Positions 61,192 to 64,000 of a stretch of 64,000 nucleotides of DNA are shown one piece after another. The position numbers and the translations under genes were made by a program. Source of the stretch: Lytechinus pictus (Eukaryota); NCBI RefSeq assembly GCF_037042905.1, contig NC_087251.1:22384001-22448000 (forward strand), written 5' to 3'. Under the pieces are notes generated by a model. That model searched no databases. It worked only from the letters and a program-made list of their open reading frames with translations, and was not told the DNA's origin. Within the stretch, counting starts at the first letter, position 1. The number at the start of each line of letters is the position of its first letter.

Positions 61192-64000
61192 CTGTAACGA
61201 AATTCAAAGAGCAAACGTAAGGTTATTCTGTTTTCTTAGCGTACCTTGAAATATCTCGCCTTAGGTAGATTACATTTGAAATATTTCGACTTTATAATAT
61301 TATACTATTATACTTTTTATGGATATCATCAAGTCGCAATATTTGCTAATGTAAAATTTGACGTTGGTGTTGTGTCACTTTAGCACAGTATATATCGATG
61401 TATATAAGTGCCATCGGTGGATGAGCTATATGCATTAATGTGATTTTGATAATGTTTTGCAAACTCAGATTAGGTGTCGATGTAAAGCAAACTAAATTGT
61501 GCTTCCATCATCAGCACCAACATCGACATTGAAAATGTCAATTTTTATATCTTCTTAATTATACTTTAAAAAAAATCTAGCAGGGCCCAGTCCTCGATAA
61601 TTCTAAAAGAATTACTAGCTATTAATACGACGAAGAGCTAGATTTTAAAAGAAAGTATATCTGTGATTATTTTTTCTTTATAAGTTTATCTTCAAGTTAA
61701 GGCCTTAATTCACTGTAGTTTTACATTTTTCAGCACATCAGCATGGACACATCAGTCGTAGATTTACTACCAAGGGTTATTACCTGAACATTTTCGATGG
61801 TGATTAATAATTAATCTAACCATTCGAAGAAAAAAAAATCTCTGAGAAGTACAGGGTTATATATCTCTCTCATATTAATTATTAAAGTTTAATAAATTGT
61901 CATGAAAACATTTTGGGACCACAGATTGACGATTCATAGTCGCCCATAAAGTAGTGCGCGTCTCTTACAAAACATAATATTATGAAACAACCCAATGGTT
62001 ACTTTACACGCAGTCATACAAACAAGCGAAATACACTATAGATATCATTATAATATGCTTTTCGCTTCATTGCAAATGAAAGAAAAGTGGGGAAAATTAT
62101 AGGATTAAAGGATTTACTTTTAGACATTAAATGGGTTTAGCGATACTTGGTATAAAACTCTGAAAAAAAATATTTTGCAATATAAGGGGAGGATATATAT
62201 TTGGAATAAAAGTTTAGATAAACAGATTCATAGCTCCGGTACAACGCCACATTCTACGTCTAACTCTTAAGGAAAATTATTCAGGCAATCAGAATTGTCG
62301 TGGATTGTTCTGCATTTAAATGAAATTTGAGGACCGTGAAGCATATATTTTTTTATTCTATAGCACTTTGAATCATTTATGCCAGTTCATTCAGAGGAAA
62401 TCATTAACATAATTCTTTCTAAGTTATCCTATACCAAAGTTCTTACGTATTCCCTTTTCTTTCAAATTTTAAATCTCGATTAGAAGTTTATAATAAAAGG
62501 TTTCCATATGACCGTTTAGATCGAATTCTCATATTACAAATAATTTTGTCTGTATATTCTTTAGATTTTTGGCTTGCATGCTGTAACCTTAAATTTGAAT
62601 TTATTGGTTTATTTCATTTACTTATCAATGCTTTTACATGTACAAATCAGAAATTAAAAAAATACTACTAAATAGTAAACACAAAAAAGAGAGAAAACAA
62701 TGATCATGGGTAATATCAATGCAAATGAAATACGATATAAATTCATATCATCACCTTCAATCAGGAGAGAGAGTTTCACCTCAAAACTTAATTCAGGATT
62801 TTTTTGAGTTTTCTTTGTACAAAAGTACAGGATCTCACTTTGAAATTTCATCTTTTTTTAGCTCTTTGTATTTATTTGCTGTCACTCACATCTCTCATTT
62901 TTGTTACGTTTACTTTTTTTTTGAAAACGTAATAAATAAATATAAATGGATGCTATACATATTTGGTAATTAGTGAGAGACAAATATTTTTCTCTCGAAA
63001 AGAGATTGTATTTTGGGGTTCGCAAAAATAAACTTTTTAAAAAGCAAGGTAATAAATCTATTAAGGAGCGAAATCCCTTTGGAAAACAAGTACATAATAC
63101 ATTGCATTTGGGGTGTGGTTTTGAATTAACAGGGTGTGTGCGTGTGTGCGCGCATGTGTGTATTTTTTTCCTTTGGAGAGGGGGGGGGGGTGGGTTGGTG
63201 AAGATCAAAGTTAAATCTGGATTTTAGATATCACCACCACGACGAATAAAGCGTTGAACTCTAAATTGCAGCAACGCCCTTAATACTTTATGAGCATTTA
63301 GAAATTTAGAACAATGCATAATATAGTGACAGGATATTACGATGCATGATCGGCCAAACAAAATTGAAAAAAGGTGAAAAGTAATACCCTCCTAATATTC
63401 AGAGGCTATTTTGGACAGGAATGGATCAGAAAAAATGGCTTCGCTTTGCTTCAAAAACTTTCAAGGGTCTGGAAAGTCTGCTATTTATTTCAAGAGGCGT
63501 GGTGATACGCTGTAATGCACCGTGTTTGGGTAGGTCTAACAGTAGCCGCTATGGAACACAAGCTTCCAGGTATGACAAGTGGCGCCGCTTTACTCCAAAA
63601 AGACTTGTTTTTTGTAAATGTAAAAGAAGTCTGCTTCATCAACAATGGGCGTGATGATACGCTGTATGCACCACAATGACGTGTCTATATTTTCCTTCTC
63701 ATTTAATTTTCTTAGCGTTTGTAAAGTCTGATACAGTAAATAGGGGACCGATGTTCTCGGATATTTTCCGGCATAATTGTTAACATAATCCCAAAGTTAA
63801 GTTATCTTTATGCATGGTACGATGTAGAAAATTTACGTATGTGTGAAAGAAGAACATTTGGAAATATCAATGACGCAATCTACACAGTAAAAACGATGTT
63901 TAAAAAATATAGGCCTATATACAACGCTCTTTACTATGTGAACCTTACCGTAGTTGTTTAAAAGGTAACAAACAAGTGTTAAAAATCTTAAGCATTAAAG

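Noticed and set aside
61200..64000. Otx (TAATCC) or RSR-type Spec enhancer upstream of gene B
   Set aside because: Only isolated TAATCC/GGATTA hits (~62102, ~63786), as expected by chance in AT-rich DNA.

Overview
AT-rich, repeat-dense animal genomic DNA, most likely sea urchin (probably Lytechinus, inferred from the gene and repeat types). Two intact six-exon genes for four-EF-hand calmodulin/Spec-family proteins lie in tandem on the minus strand. Gene A spans 27013-12609 (154 aa, 7 Cys). Gene B spans 61056-51802 (152 aa) and resembles one half of the eight-EF-hand LpS1 protein. I built both models by hand from GT-AG sites and phases; the ORF track misses them. The promoter and ATG exon of gene A sit between the arms of a ~4.6 kb inverted duplication (21206-25838 vs 32706-37206). 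The arms are nearly identical at both ends, diverged in the middle, and the second arm carries an in-phase alternative exon 2. The remainder is mostly non-autonomous DNA transposons (Harbinger, Kolobok, hAT, Tc1/pogo, MULE, Academ-like, Helentron-like), tRNA-SINEs, two LINE fragments and simple repeats. The most novel-looking item is a 182-bp TSD-flanked retroposon (18046-18227) with a 7SL/Alu-domain head, a tRNA B-box, a Deu-like segment and a CA tail, i.e. a candidate 7SL-derived SINE in an echinoderm.
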